A DNA stretch of 64,000 bases from Camelus ferus (GCF_009834535.1 NC_045732.1:43214001-43278000), one strand, 5' to 3'; shown: positions 1 to 11,827, numbered from the stretch's first letter. A program made the numbers and translations. Notes: generated by a model from the letters alone, not told the origin.

Positions 1-1029
1 GAGCAATCCCCCAGTAAGCTGATTGGGAATCTCAGGACCTTGGAACTGGACAGTGAGCCTCAGGTAAGGCCCACCACACTCAGGTAGGGGGAAGAAGAGA
101 CAAGAACTGGGCCTCCTGGATACATCTCTTAACCTCTGTGTGTATAGGAACCCCCCGAAGAGAAGGGGCTACTAGGAGAGGCAGCTGGAGGTCAGGACAC
201 GGATGAATCAGTGCTGACGCAGGTCTTTGGAGACCATGCTGACACTGACCAGGTGAGGTCAGGGAGAGGTGGGAACAGTGGCTCCCTTCTCTCACCTGTT
301 TCTTCCTCTACCTGGGCGCGTGTGATATAGGAACATTTGATGGGAAGATGGAGTCCCTAGCTGACTCAGTTTCACCTACCCCAGGTCATGTTTTATGCTG
401 TGACGCCACTCCCCTGGTGTCCCCATTTGGTGGCAGTATGCCCCACACCTGAAGCAGGCCTCAGTGTGACCCAACCCTGTCAGGACTGTGGAACACACCA
501 GGAGAACTGGGTGTGTCTGTCTTGCTACCAGGTATGCAGCTAAGGAAGGGGATGGTGTGGAGGCTGGCCCAGGAGCAAACCACAGGTGGGAGCTGATCCC
601 CACCCAATACTTGCTCCCCAACCTCAGGTCTACTGCGGTCGTTACGTCAACGGTCATATGCTCCAACACCATGAAGGCTCGGGACACCCGCTGGTACTCA
701 GCTATGCTGACCTGTCTGCCTGGTGCTACTGCTGTCAGGCCTATGTCCATCACGAGGTGGGCCCTGGGCAGACCCTCTAACACGTGCACACTCACCCCCA
801 CCCCCATACACACACACCCTTAGGGGCAAATAGAGACCCTTCTGCATGCGGGCTAGTCCAAGAGACAAGGCAGTGAAGGGCTGGAGCGGGGGCAGCCTCC
901 TGGCTGCAGTAGGAGGGTGCTCACTCTCTTGACTCCGCCACTCTCTTGCCTCCTCCTCAGGCTCTCCTAGCCATGAAGAACATCGCCTACCAGAACAAGT
1001 TTGGGGAGGATTTGCCCCACTCACACTAA
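1..1029 (+). CDS. HDAC6: Histone deacetylase 6, last five coding exons (ZnF-UBP domain), 5' partial
   Basis: Exons <1-63, 148-252, 385-531, 628-756, 961-1029 (TAA), all GT-AG and in frame. They give ...[19 protein letters not shown]...[25 protein letters not shown]...[36 protein letters not shown], matching the HDAC6 C-terminus. Confidence 0.97.
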
Positions 1030-1361
1030 ATCCCAGAATGTGCTGCTCTTCACCTGTGAAGCCCAAGAAAGACCAGCCTTAGTTCATTCCAACCTGTATC
1101 TTGGATGAGGGGCAGCCTCAATCCTTCTGATCCTGAAGACCCTTTACAACTCCCCAAGGGTGCTGATTTAAGTGTAAATACTTGTACGCGGACTGTGATG
1201 ATCAGTTGGAGATCTCCCCCTGCCTGCTCGAGGGACTCCATCTACTCTGCCAGAAGGAAAGTGGGGCAGCTCAGCGGCCCCAAGACAGGGCTCATATCAT
1301 AAAGATGATACTTTAGAGGGAGAGGGGATCAACTGGCAGGTATTGGCGGGGTTGCATATGT

Positions 1362-1367
1362 AATAAA
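1362..1367 (+). terminator. HDAC6 polyadenylation signal
   Basis: AATAAA ~330 nt after the stop codon. Confidence 0.7.
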
Positions 1368-2399
1368 GTACAAGTTGTTGCAAATCTGGAGAAAGCCTTT
1401 AACTTTGGGTAGAGAACTCCACACTCCTGGCCAACACGGCTAGTGAGTAATGAAGAAATGAGGGTACGGATCTTTATTGGGTTGACCCCCTGCTGACATC
1501 CAGTGCCCCAAAATACTAACTGGAAATAGAGTAAGCAATTTGGCTCCATAAGAGAGTAAATGGTGGAATCTTGTGAGAAAATGAGTGCCTGCTTTACAAA
1601 TAGGAAACTCACAGCCAGTCCCAGCTACATTCTGGGCTGGGAAGGCAAGAAAACTACCACAAAGTGTCGTCACTAGGCCTCAGTCTCCCCATCTGGCTGT
1701 CTTGATTGGGGAGTGGAGGGACAAGGGTCCAGGTTTAACATACTTAGATTTGGTGGTCACGGGTAGCTTCCTGGGGGAAGTGCCTACTGTGGAGCAAGGG
1801 TGGGGAATTGGAGGATAATTTGGGGGTTTTATTTCTCCCACATAATAAGAATTACTTTGGCAAGTCAAAGGAGCCTGGGCTGAGGTTTCCTGGACTTTTC
1901 TTCATGGCTACCCTATCACCCCAAGATGACTACCAGAGCCCCACCCAATCAAGACTGGGGGACTGGGGAAAGGGAAGGAGGCTGCTGGCCAGCTCAGTCA
2001 TCCTCCTGTGAAGGAGCATTCTGGATGTCCCTGCCCTACAACCCCTGCTTACATTTCATTAGTCAGAACTGTGTCACATGACTGTCATAGCTGCAAGGGA
2101 GTCTTAAGAAATGTTTTAGCTTGAGACGCATCCACCTCAAATCAGGTTCTTTTCTGCCTTTACAGAGTAATTCTTAGCAACTCTCTCCCTCCAGGAATGG
2201 ATACAACCCTCTCCCGAGCTACCAAAAAGCCCGCTTGAGGCAGTGCAAACTCCGGGGCCTCAGAGGCCCTCGCCAAACGTTTCACAAAGTCTGGACACTC
2301 AGGTCAAAAATCTGACATCCTCCACACACTAAAAACACGAAATCCCGTCCCAGATGGGGGCAAGGTAAGGAAGAAGTGCAGCAGGATGCAGGGGGCACA

Positions 2400-3600
2400 C
2401 AGAGGAGTCCGTGCTCACGACGCACCGCGAGACCACCTGGCGCACACTGGAGGGCGGGCGGTGACCCGGCGCTCACCTGGGGGCGGGGGTGCGCCCGCCT
2501 GAGGGGCCTGAGGGCAGCCCGCCGCGCATGCGCACTCCCTCCCCCTCAGCAGTCCTCCGCCGGGAAGAGGTGCGAGCATCTCCTCCCCTGTCAGTCCTGT
2601 CAGAGCGGCGGCGAGTTCGGGTCCCAGCGACACCAGCCTTCCCGGGACAGAGGTGAGCTGGGCCTCCCGGGCCCCCAGCCCCGGCCTCGACTTTCCACTC
2701 AGGGTTGTGGGAGTGCGGCCTAGGTCGTGAGTGAGGGGACCCCTCCCTCGCCGCCTCCCTGCCTCGGGGACCACCATCCTCTTCCCGCCCCCGAGGGCCG
2801 CCATTATAAGAACCCGCCTGGGCGAGGGTGTGGGCGCCGGGCAGGGAGGCTTGGGCCGAGCACCGAGTCTCGGTTTCAGGGTGAAACTCGGGTCCCCCCT
2901 CCCCGCCAGCCAGCCACCCGGGCTTAGTCAGGCGATGCGTGACCGACGTGGTGCGGGGTCCGGGCCGACCCTGGACGGGGTGGAAGAGGCTACTCTCGGG
3001 GTGGGCTTCCCTGAGGTCAGGGAAGCGACACCAGGGACTGGGTCCGGGCGACCCGACCCGGGCCGTGGGGAAGGGGCTCCCGGCGATGCTCCGCGAGCAC
3101 TTGGCCCCGCAGTTCCCGTGCCACCTGGCAATGGGCTGTGTGACCCAGGGCCGGTCCCCGCCACTGCGCGGGTGGGCTCTTGGTTCCCGGCCGCTGGCGC
3201 CCAGAGCCAGGGCCCCGTACCCGGCCCGGCCCGGCCCATCCCGGCCCCGGGTCAGGGCGCCTCACGTCTCCCGCCGTCCGGACCCCTCCCCACCCTCCGG
3301 TCCCTCAGCCACCCAGTCAGGCCCGTCTCAGAATGTCCCCAAGTCCCACCTCTCCTGCAGGTGCCTCCCTCTCACCCAGGCTGTCCTCACAGCCACATCT
3401 TATGCCCCCAAACAGGGCGCAACGCCTGAGCTCTGTCCCCAGCTCACATCTCCCCATCGCGGCCCCCTCCTTTCTGGGCCAGCATGGGCAACATCCCCAC
3501 CTGGGACCCGGCCCCCCAACTCTGACCCCAGATCCCAAACTCGGCCGAACCCTCCATGGACACCTCCCCCCTCCCCTCGCCACCCCAGATGCCACTGCCC
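2400..3600 (+). promoter_or_regulatory. ERAS CpG island/promoter with non-coding exon 1 (donor after 2652)
   Basis: CpG-rich; GC boxes; NRF1 palindrome GCGCATGCGC 2524-2533; donor CAGAG|GTGAGC at 2652/2653. Confidence 0.65.
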
Positions 3601-4534
3601 CAGGGCTTCCCGGGAGACTAGGACCTCGGCTATTATGATGCATTTCCTGAGGCCACACACCGAACCGAGACCAGGATGTGTATTGAATGCGTTAATGGTG
3701 ACTTGCTATTAATAGTGCACACTAATTGAGCACCTGCTGGGTGCCCATCCTCTTCTAACTACATGGTAATTTACTTGCTTATCTTGTTTATTGTCTCTTT
3801 CTCACTTCCAGAATCTAATCCCCCCAAGGGCAGGGACTTTAGTCTATTTTGTTCTCGGGCCCTATCCCCGCCCCCCACCCGCACCCATCACAATGCCTGG
3901 CGAGCGGGAAGATCCTCCAATTAATGAAAGAAAATTAAATTATAATAGAAATGCCTAACGTTAACCCAGCACCTCCCAAGGCTTATCACCTACTGCTGAA
4001 ACTTTGCTGTTGTCCGTCCGTCTGTCCGTCTTCCTGACTAGAATGTCACGTTCCTGAGAGACGGGGTTTGTTATCTTATTTTTTCCCCCATCTCTTTGTC
4101 CTTGCCACACAGTAGGTTCTCAATAGCTGTGTGTTGCATGAGTAATAAAGACTAAATTGCAATGATAATGGCTAACAGACCTCATAATTTGCTTACGGAT
4201 TTGGTTTATTGTCCCCACCTTTTAGAACATAAACTCCCTGGGGCCAGGAATGTTGCTCAGGATAAACTATGACTGGCACCGTGCAGGGCTGGGATCCAAC
4301 AGTGACACAATCTGAAATCAAAACTGACGGAATCCCTGCCCTCCCTCCGGAATGGGGAGAGACTGCTAGTGGAGGGGGGGTTTCTTTTCCGAGTGATGGA
4401 AATGTTCTAAAATTAGATTATGGAGATTGTCACACAACTCCATGAAGGAACTAAAAAGCATTGAATTGTACACCTTGGCTAGATTAACTTTACAGTATAT
4501 AAATTAATAAAGCTGTTTTTAAAAATCCCTGCTC

Positions 4535-4700
4535 GGGGAGGGGGCGGTAGGGTATAGGTCAAGTGGTAGAGCGTATGCTTAGCATGCAGGAGGTCTTGGG
4601 TTCAATCCCCAGTACCTCCCCTAAAAATAAATAAATAAACCTAATTACCTCCCTCCTCCACAAAAAAAAAAAAGCCTACATAAATAACTCCTCAAAACAT
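4535..4700 (+). mobile_element. tRNA-derived SINE (camelid-type, Vic-1-like)
   Basis: Head GGTATAGGTCAAGTGGTAGAGCG...GGTTCAATCCCCAGTACCTCC, (TAAA)n tail; flanking TTTTAAAAA(G)TCCCTGC duplication. Confidence 0.85.
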
Positions 4701-4708
4701 TTTTATTT

Positions 4709-4982
4709 TTTTAAACATTTTTATTGATTTATAATCATTTTACAATGTTGTGTCAAATTCCAGTGTAGAGCACAATTTTTCAGTTATACATGAACATATA
4801 TATTTTCATTGTCACATTTTTTTCTCTGTGAGCTACCACAAGATCTTGTATATATTTCCCTGTGCTATACAGTATAATCTTGTGTTTATTCTACAATTTT
4901 GAAATCCCAGTCTATCTCTTCCCACCCCCCGCCCCCTTGGCAACCACAAGTTTATATTCTATGTCTGTGACTCTATTTCTGT
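4709..4982 (-). mobile_element. Young L1 3' end, 5'-truncated, inserted at the SINE tail
   Basis: Reverse complement of the L1 3' UTR at 14153-14565 and 38845-39265; TCAAAACAT duplicated on both sides. Confidence 0.8.
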
Positions 4983-5246
4983 CAAAACATATTTTTTAAA
5001 AAGTCCCTGCCTTCACACAGTTTATGTTGGAAAAGGGAATGAGAGAATAAGCAACATAAATAATAGTATTTTAGGTGATTAGCACACACTACACACTCAA
5101 TAAAGGTTGATTCAATGACACCCAGCAGTCCCTTTGCCACTAAATGGTCTCACCTAACCTGCCCCACCTCACCCCTGCTGTCTTTCTTGTCTTCCTGCTT
5201 GCAGGCCTGCCATCCACATCTCTTCCCTGAGCTGCCCACTGGGGGC

Positions 5247-5948
5247 ATGGCGCTGCCAACAAAGCCGAGCATGTTTGATCTGGGCCTGGGCACATGGAGC
5301 CCCAGCTCCCAGGAGCAGAGCCACAGGGCTCGGGCACCCTCCAGGGGTGTTGGCAAAAAGCTGCCCGAGTACAAGGCAGTGGTGGTAGGCGCAAGCGGTG
5401 TGGGCAAGAGCGCGCTGACCATCCAGCTGAACCACCAGTGTTTCGTGGAAGACCACGACCCCACGATCCAGGATTCCTACTGGAAGGAGATGGCCCTGGA
5501 CCACGGAGGCTGCATTCTGAACGTGCTGGATACGGCAGGGCAGGCCACTCATCGGGCCCTGCGTGACCAGTGTGTGGCGATTGGGGATGGTGTGCTGGGT
5601 GTCTTCGCCCTCGATGACCCCTCGTCTCTAGCCCAGCTGCAGCAGATGCGGGCCACCTGGGGCCCTCACCACACCCAGCCCCTCGTCCTTGTGGGCAACA
5701 AGTGTGACCTGGTGACCACCACCGGAGATGCTCGTGCCGCTGCTGCAGCCCTCGCAAAGAGCTGGGGGGCCCCTTTCGTGGAGACCTCAGCCAAGACACG
5801 CCAAGGCGTGGAGGAGGCCTTTTCCCTGCTCATCCATGAGATCCAAAGAGTCCGGGAGGCCATGGCAAAGGAGGCCATGACAGGGCCAGGTGGGGATAAA
5901 GCCCGGCACCAGAAGGCCATGTGCCGCTGTGGCTGCTCTGTGGCCTGA
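5247..5948 (+). CDS. ERAS: ES cell-expressed Ras (233 aa, single coding exon)
   Basis: [14 protein letters not shown]... N-terminal extension; GASGVGKS P-loop; DTAGQ; NKCD; ETSAK; C-terminal [12 protein letters not shown]. Splice acceptor TTGCAG at 5204. Length equals human ERAS. Confidence 0.97.
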   Translation: MALPTKPSMFDLGLGTWSPSSQEQSHRARAPSRGVGKKLPEYKAVVVGASGVGKSALTIQLNHQCFVEDHDPTIQDSYWKEMALDHGGCILNVLDTAGQATHRALRDQCVAIGDGVLGVFALDDPSSLAQLQQMRATWGPHHTQPLVLVGNKCDLVTTTGDARAAAAALAKSWGAPFVETSAKTRQGVEEAFSLLIHEIQRVREAMAKEAMTGPGGDKARHQKAMCRCGCSVA

Positions 5949-6167
5949 AGATTTTGGTCTAGAAAAGTGGACCCTCTCCCAAACCAGGGTGGTGGTTCCT
6001 TCACATGAGACTCCCAGAGCAAGTAGCTGTGTGGGACACTGTTGGTGTACTGGGGATAGATGGACCCTCTCCTGGAGAGGTTTTCATTTGGTGATGGGCT
6101 TTTTGACAGTGTGGGGTGTAGTGTGTTGGTTATGTTATGTCAAGTTGAGAGATTTTGTGCAAACTTA

Positions 6168-6173
6168 AATAAA
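6168..6173 (+). terminator. ERAS polyadenylation signal
   Basis: AATAAA ~220 nt after the stop codon. Confidence 0.65.
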
Positions 6174-6229
6174 TGGTGTTCTCAAGTTTCAAAGCTGCCT
6201 CCATGCCTAGTGTTATGTGGGTGGGAATG

Positions 6230-6500
6230 AGACTGGAGAGAATTTTACTTAAATTGTGAGAATTCTTTCATTCAGGAAATGTGAGGGAACCCACAGTGTG
6301 CAAGGTCCTGTTTGGGGCACAAAAGATGTAGAGTCAAGCAAGACACTACAAATTCCTGCCCTTGTAGATATATATAAGACTTTGTATTAAAGGCAGGTGA
6401 AGTAATTCAGTGACAGAGAGGCCAAGGAAAGCCTTACTAAATAGGTGACATTTGAGGAAAAACTTGGAGATAACAAGGGGGCAGATGGAATTGCCAGTGG
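6230..6500 (-). mobile_element. L2 fragment
   Basis: TTCATTCAGGAAATG...CCTGCCCTTGTAGA...GGTGACATTTGAG pattern of antisense L2. Confidence 0.55.
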
Positions 6501-7154
6501 AAAGGCCATGACCACAAGCCATTTACCACCACACCAACTGATAATCTTCAGGGCTAGGGTAAGAGTACCGATAGAGTGGCCTCCGTATTATATAGCTAAA
6601 TACTTAAACATATATCAAGCTGACAAACATAAAATACATCTTATCCTCCTCTTACCTTGCCAGGAGGTGACCAGGTTGGGAGAGCAGCCTGCAGCCTGCA
6701 GCCCGCTCCCTTTCGCTTCCGGTCAGTAGCCCCTCCCCATCTCAGGGGGCCTTCGGATGTGGCTATGGACATGCGGGCCCAAGTCCAAGCGCTACTCTCA
6801 TGCCTCATTAACAGCCTCCCCTTGACCACCTAGTTGGTCCTTAGGAGGATGGACCCTCGGAAGATGCTGCAGCAAGCCCTGAAAGTCGCCTCAAAGGCTT
6901 TTGGGCTCTTCATTCCTAAAGGAGGCCTAGAAACGGGGCACAGAATCTGTGTAGGCACTGCCATTCTACATATGGATACCTCCCCAGTGAGGAGAGGCAC
7001 AGGCTGGGAGGGGGGTTGTCTCAAAAGTGGGGGATCAAGGGCAGAGACTCTCTTCCCTCATCTAAGGGCAGCCAGCACCACCCAGTCCACCACCACCCCA
7101 CCACCCCGCCCCGACACCGCCACTCAAACAAACAGGTAGCTGCTTCAGATCATA

Positions 7155-7160
7155 TTTATT
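7155..7160 (-). terminator. PCSK1N polyadenylation signal
   Basis: TTTATT on + (AATAAA on -) ~140 nt after the stop codon. Confidence 0.75.
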
Positions 7161-7299
7161 GTGGGGGTGGGGATCTTGGGGTTCGAGGGCAGCAACAGTG
7201 GCTGGCGGGATAAGCCGCTCTCGACGTGCGGGAGGAGCAGTCGGGGTGTCAGGGGTCGGGCGGTCCTGGGCGGGAGGGTGCGCAGGATCCAGGTGGTGC

Positions 7300-10200
7300 T
7301 CAGGGCAAGAGGCGGCGCGCGGGCGCCTGGGGTGCGGGGGTCTCCAGGCGCTTTACGCGCAGCAGAGCCCCCAGCACGCCCTCAGGGGGCACCTCAGGAC
7401 CCAGATCCTGGTCCGCGGCACGGCGGAGGCGACGCGGGGCAGCCACAGCCTCGGAGTCCGCGCTTCCCGTGAGGATCCGCCCCAACAAATACCTGCAGGG
7501 GAGCACAGCAGAATGCAGTGAAAACGCCCCGGCCCTAGGACCTAGGTGGCGCGCAACCGCTTACAGCCTGGGAACCTGGCAGCCTCCTTCCCACCCAGGC
7601 GTCCCACTGCTTTCAGGAGATGAAGGTCCCCGCCTCCCATTCCTGAAACTAGTTTCCCCGCCTCCCACTCGTCCTCCCGGCCAGGCATCTCTGCCCCCAC
7701 ACTCTGGGTCCAGGACCAAAGTCCCTCCTAGGGTCGCAGGACCCAGGTGTTCGCACCTCCACCTCCTGAAGCAGCCCCCCCACAGCTCCTCGCCCTCCTC
7801 CCAGGATGCTGGCGCCCGCCCCCGCCCCCCTCTTGCAGGGGTACCTCAGGAGCTCGGGGTCCACGTCCGGCGCGTCGTCGCCGGCGTCCTCCACATCCAG
7901 GCCCGTGGGGCCGTCGTCGTAGACTGGGGGCCGGGGTCTGAGCGCTGCGGCGGGGGCAGGGGCGGGAACAAGCTGGGCTGCGAGGGCAGCGGGGTCTAGG
8001 CGGGCACGGAGCAGGGCGCGGGCGAGCTGCGCGGCGGGGGCGTCGGGGTCATCTTCCAGGCCCAGGGAAGGGTCGTTGGTGCGGGGTGCGCTCCAGACGC
8101 GCAGCAGCTGCGCCAGGACGCGCGCCTGCTGATCCTCGGCCTCCTGCGCCTCGGCCCGCGCCCGCTCCTGCCGTTCGGCCTCCAGCAGGTGCGCCAGCGC
8201 CCGCGCCAGCTCCTGCACAGCCCCCGCCGCCTCTCCCCGGGGCGCTGCCCGCCGGAAACGCCGGGGAGCACCGGCCTCCGCCAAGGGCGGCGAGGCTGCG
8301 CCCAGGCTGCGTGGTTCCTGCGGAAAGACGACGTGGTGGGAAGGAGAAGTCGTCATCATCTGTCAGGCCAGGGACCCCCAACGCGGGTGGCTCCATGGAC
8401 CTCAAATATCCCCAGATGCTACCAAAGGCATATGGTCCCTCAAATATCTTCAGACACCCCTAAGGCCAATGGAGAGCCCAAAGTATCTCCAGACACACTT
8501 AGGACCACCAAAGACCCCTAGATTCCCCACCCACAACTATTTCCTAGTGACTCAGAACTTGCCCAGGGGCTGCTGAAGACCAGGTTTCCTTATAGGAGTG
8601 GCGATGGTAGATGACAGCTGTAGTTTCTTCTATATTAATGCTGTGGACAATGGGAACCTGTGCTTGCATTTTATAGCTTCCTATTGTCCATTTGTTTTAT
8701 CCAAAAGGTAGTGGACTGTTCTGCACCTTGCTTTTTGGAATCTATACCTACATCAGTACCTTAAAAGCATCCTTTCTCTCTCTCTCTCCCTTCCTTCCTT
8801 CTGCACTGAATCCCTTTGATACGGATGTACAATAGTTTACTTAACCAGTCTTCAACAGATGTTTCTTTTGCTATTCTTATAAATAATATTGGAGTGAACA
8901 ACCTTGTTCATATATCATTTGGCATGTGTGCAAGTCTATCTGTAAAATAAATTGCCCAATGACTAATTTTCAGTTCAGGCAGTTATGAAACAATTTCAAT
9001 AAGTTTAAATAAATAAAAGAGCATATCAAAAATATGAGAAAGGGATGAAAGACCATTAAAACGATCATGAAGATTTGAAAAAGAAACCTCTAGAACACCT
9101 AGAAAAATATTTTAAATGAAATTAAAAATTAAAGGGGCAAGTTAAATGGCAGATTCAATACAGCAGAAGGAACTAATAGGATTGAACAGAGCTTGGAAAC
9201 AGATATAAACATATTGACATATGCTATGACAGAGGAGACACTGCAGAGCAGTGGGGACAGGACCAACTCCTTCAGTAAATCGTGCAGGAACAAGTGATCC
9301 AAATTGGAAGATAATGGAAAGGAAAAGAGAACTAAATTTGACTACATTCAAGTTAAGAATTTCTTTTTATCCCAAGACACTGTAAAAAGAATGAAAAGTA
9401 AAACCAGAGTGAGAGAAGATACCTATAACACAAATAGTCAATAAAAGATTAATGTCCGGGGGGAGGATATAGCTCAGTAGTAAAGAGCATGCTTAGCATG
9501 CACGAGGTCCTGGTTCAATCCCCAGCACCTCCATAATAAATAAATAAATAAACCTAACTACCTCCTCGCCCCAAAAAAACAAACAAAAAAGATTAGTGTC
9601 CAATATATACAGATTGCCTAAATAGCAGTAAGGGAAAACCAAACTAATACAAAAATGTGCAAAATTGATGATCAAGTATTTCACAAAAACAGAACCAAAA
9701 CAGTTACTAAACATATGAAAAATAATGAACCTCATTAGAAATCAAGAAAATGCAAGTTAGATACACTAGGCCAGTAAGATACACTATGCAAAATACGTCC
9801 AAAGACTGCCAAAATTTAAAAGTCTGATAATGTTGAATGCTGACATAGATGTAGGAAAAAAAACAACAAAACAGAAGCTCTCAGACACTGCTGCTGGGAA
9901 TTCAAGTGCCAAAATAACTTTGAAGAACAATTTGGCAATGCCTAAAAAGATGCATATATCCTAAGCCCCACTCCTGGGGTGTTACACCCCAGAGTAGCTT
10001 TTGCACATATACTACTGGACACAAATTCATGAAAAATTGCAGCAGCACTATTCATAAAAGTGAAGCGAGAGGGAAAAAAGAAAAAAAAAAGCCTGGAAAC
10101 AACACAAATGTGGACTGATGTACTGAGAATGCATCTATAAACCATGACATACTCATATGCTGGTGATACACTCATCAGACAAAATACTATGCAGCTATAA

Positions 10201-11827
10201 AAAGAAATGTATTACAGCCACATACTTCAATGTGGATGAAACTCACAACCAATGTAGAGCAAAAGAAAAAAAAAATGAAAGAAAAAATCGCAGAATTCCA
10301 CTGCAGACTGTCTGCGACTACCAGACACCCCGATGACTTCCTAGTGACCCCTAGTGACTATTAGGAGCCAGACGCCCAGTATGATTCCATTTCTGTGAGG
10401 AAAAACTAGAGAAGATATTGTTTAGAGATACATATGTGATAAGCTGCAAAAAAAAAAAAGGGGGGATAATGAACAGAAAATACAGGATAATGACTGAGGA
10501 GAGGGGCTGTCGTGGGGAGGGGCACCGAGGGTCGTCTAACTATTGGTCATGCTCAATTTTTTAAGCTGAGTTATGGGTACACATACGGGTTGATTATTTT
10601 ATCATTATGCCTTACGTTGTACATACGTATTTAAATATATTATGTCATATGGGTATTATTTAATTTTTTTAAAAACCCATCCTTGACACAAACAGCCTTG
10701 AACTCTTCATTAGAGGAGGATATGCTCCAAATGCCCTTGACACCAACCACCCCTCAAACCCCGGGGAATCACACACATCAATCACAGCCTCACACACACT
10801 CATATGGACTGACAGGCCTTAAGATGTCACATATGCAACCCAACACTGCCACATTCACACTCAACGACCTGCACATGTTCACGCACAGGGCCGCTCATGC
10901 AGTTACAATCGTCAAGCCATCCAGACGCAAGAGCACGCACCACCCTTAAAGACATAATGCAGCAGAGAGAGACATCATGGCTCCTCTCCCCAGAATGACA
11001 CAGCTCCACAAAGAAACAGGGAGGAACAGCCTCATGAACACACATACAAAATCCTAGTCCCTCAGTTCAACAGAACCAAAATGGGATGCGCGCTCGGGGA
11101 TGCAAAGACCACTCCCTCCTAGACAAAAACGAAATCACACATACAAACACACAGAAAGACACGCCCATAAGTCACGCCATCACCATAGGATTCACAAACA
11201 CACGATGTCACTGAGAAAAGTCACACTCAGAAGCACGCCCAGCATCACACACTGCACACCCGGACCCACAATGACATCTTTCTATGGACGCTTGGAAGCG
11301 CTTACATCAAAGGACACACACAGGGACAGACAGCACACCCTCACGCCTCTGTCATCCCATCACGTGCGCACATACAGATAGCCACACTCCCTGCCTTAAA
11401 GCGCCCTAGTCCCATGGACAGCGCCACAGACCGCGGGGGGTGGGGGGGGGGCGAGGCCCGGCCCAGCGCTGGGTGCCGAGGGATGGGCAGGGCGCAGCTG
11501 CCGGACGAGCCCCTGACACTGCCACCCGCACACCCAAGAGCCTGGCATGGCCTGGACACGGACTGGCGGCTGGTCCTCGGGCCACCCTGGCCAATCTCTC
11601 CACACGTCCTAGGAGCTGAGGCCAGCGAGGATGAGCGGCCAGTGGCCGGGCACCGACCTTTGCGGGTAGCATCCTCCTCCCCACCCCCACCCAGCGCCTA
11701 ACCCGAGTCGCACCTTTACCGGCCGAGAGCAGAGCGCGGGAGGTGGCCCAAGCCAGCCCAACAGCAGCAGAACCAAAAGGCCGGCGCCCCCGGCCCGCGG
11801 CCCGCGGAGCAGCGGCGACCCCGCCAT
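7300..11827 (-). CDS. PCSK1N: proSAAS (proprotein convertase subtilisin/kexin type 1 inhibitor), 259 aa
   Basis: Exons 11827-11714, 8317-7845, 7492-7300 (780 nt). MAGSPLLRGPRAGG signal peptide, ...RRFRR..., DPELLR/YLLGRIL, LLRVKR inhibitory motif, ends LETPAPQAPARRLLP*. Confidence 0.97.
8800..10660. mobile_element. Old L1 (L1M-type) remnants in PCSK1N intron 1
   Basis: AT-rich L1 ORF2/3'UTR-like phrases (CAAATAACCCAAT-like, ATGAACCTCATTAG, AATACTATGCAGCTATAAAAAG). Confidence 0.6.
9458..9586 (+). mobile_element. tRNA-derived SINE
   Basis: Family head/tail; TSD AAAAGATTA(A/G)TGTCC. Confidence 0.9.
10680..11400. repeat. CA-rich low-complexity region in PCSK1N intron 1
   Basis: Dense ACAC/CACA runs without a fixed period. 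Confidence 0.5.

Noticed and set aside
64-85. Second GT donor 20 nt into an HDAC6 intron (CTCAG|GTAGGG)
   Set aside because: Use would frameshift the ZnF-UBP domain; there is no evidence of use.
721-740. Extra Cys in the HDAC6 ZnF (WCYCCQ versus human WCYYCQ)
   Set aside because: From memory this position varies among mammals, and the expected Zn ligands are intact.
2282-3712. Many 100-257 aa ORFs in the ERAS CpG island
   Set aside because: Pro/Gly/Arg-rich, overlapping on both strands, no recognisable domain; typical of stop-poor GC-rich DNA.
5115-5246. 44-aa N-terminal extension of ERAS in the 277-aa ORF
   Set aside because: The upstream ATG lies in intron 1, before the acceptor at 5204; orthologues start at the 5247 Met.
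7016-8521. Long + strand ORFs opposite PCSK1N
   Set aside because: Antisense shadows of a GC-rich coding region.
9458-9586. SINE heads as functional tRNA genes (applies to all ~18 copies)
   Set aside because: They have tRNA-like A/B boxes but also A-rich tails and target-site duplications, and diverge from each other.
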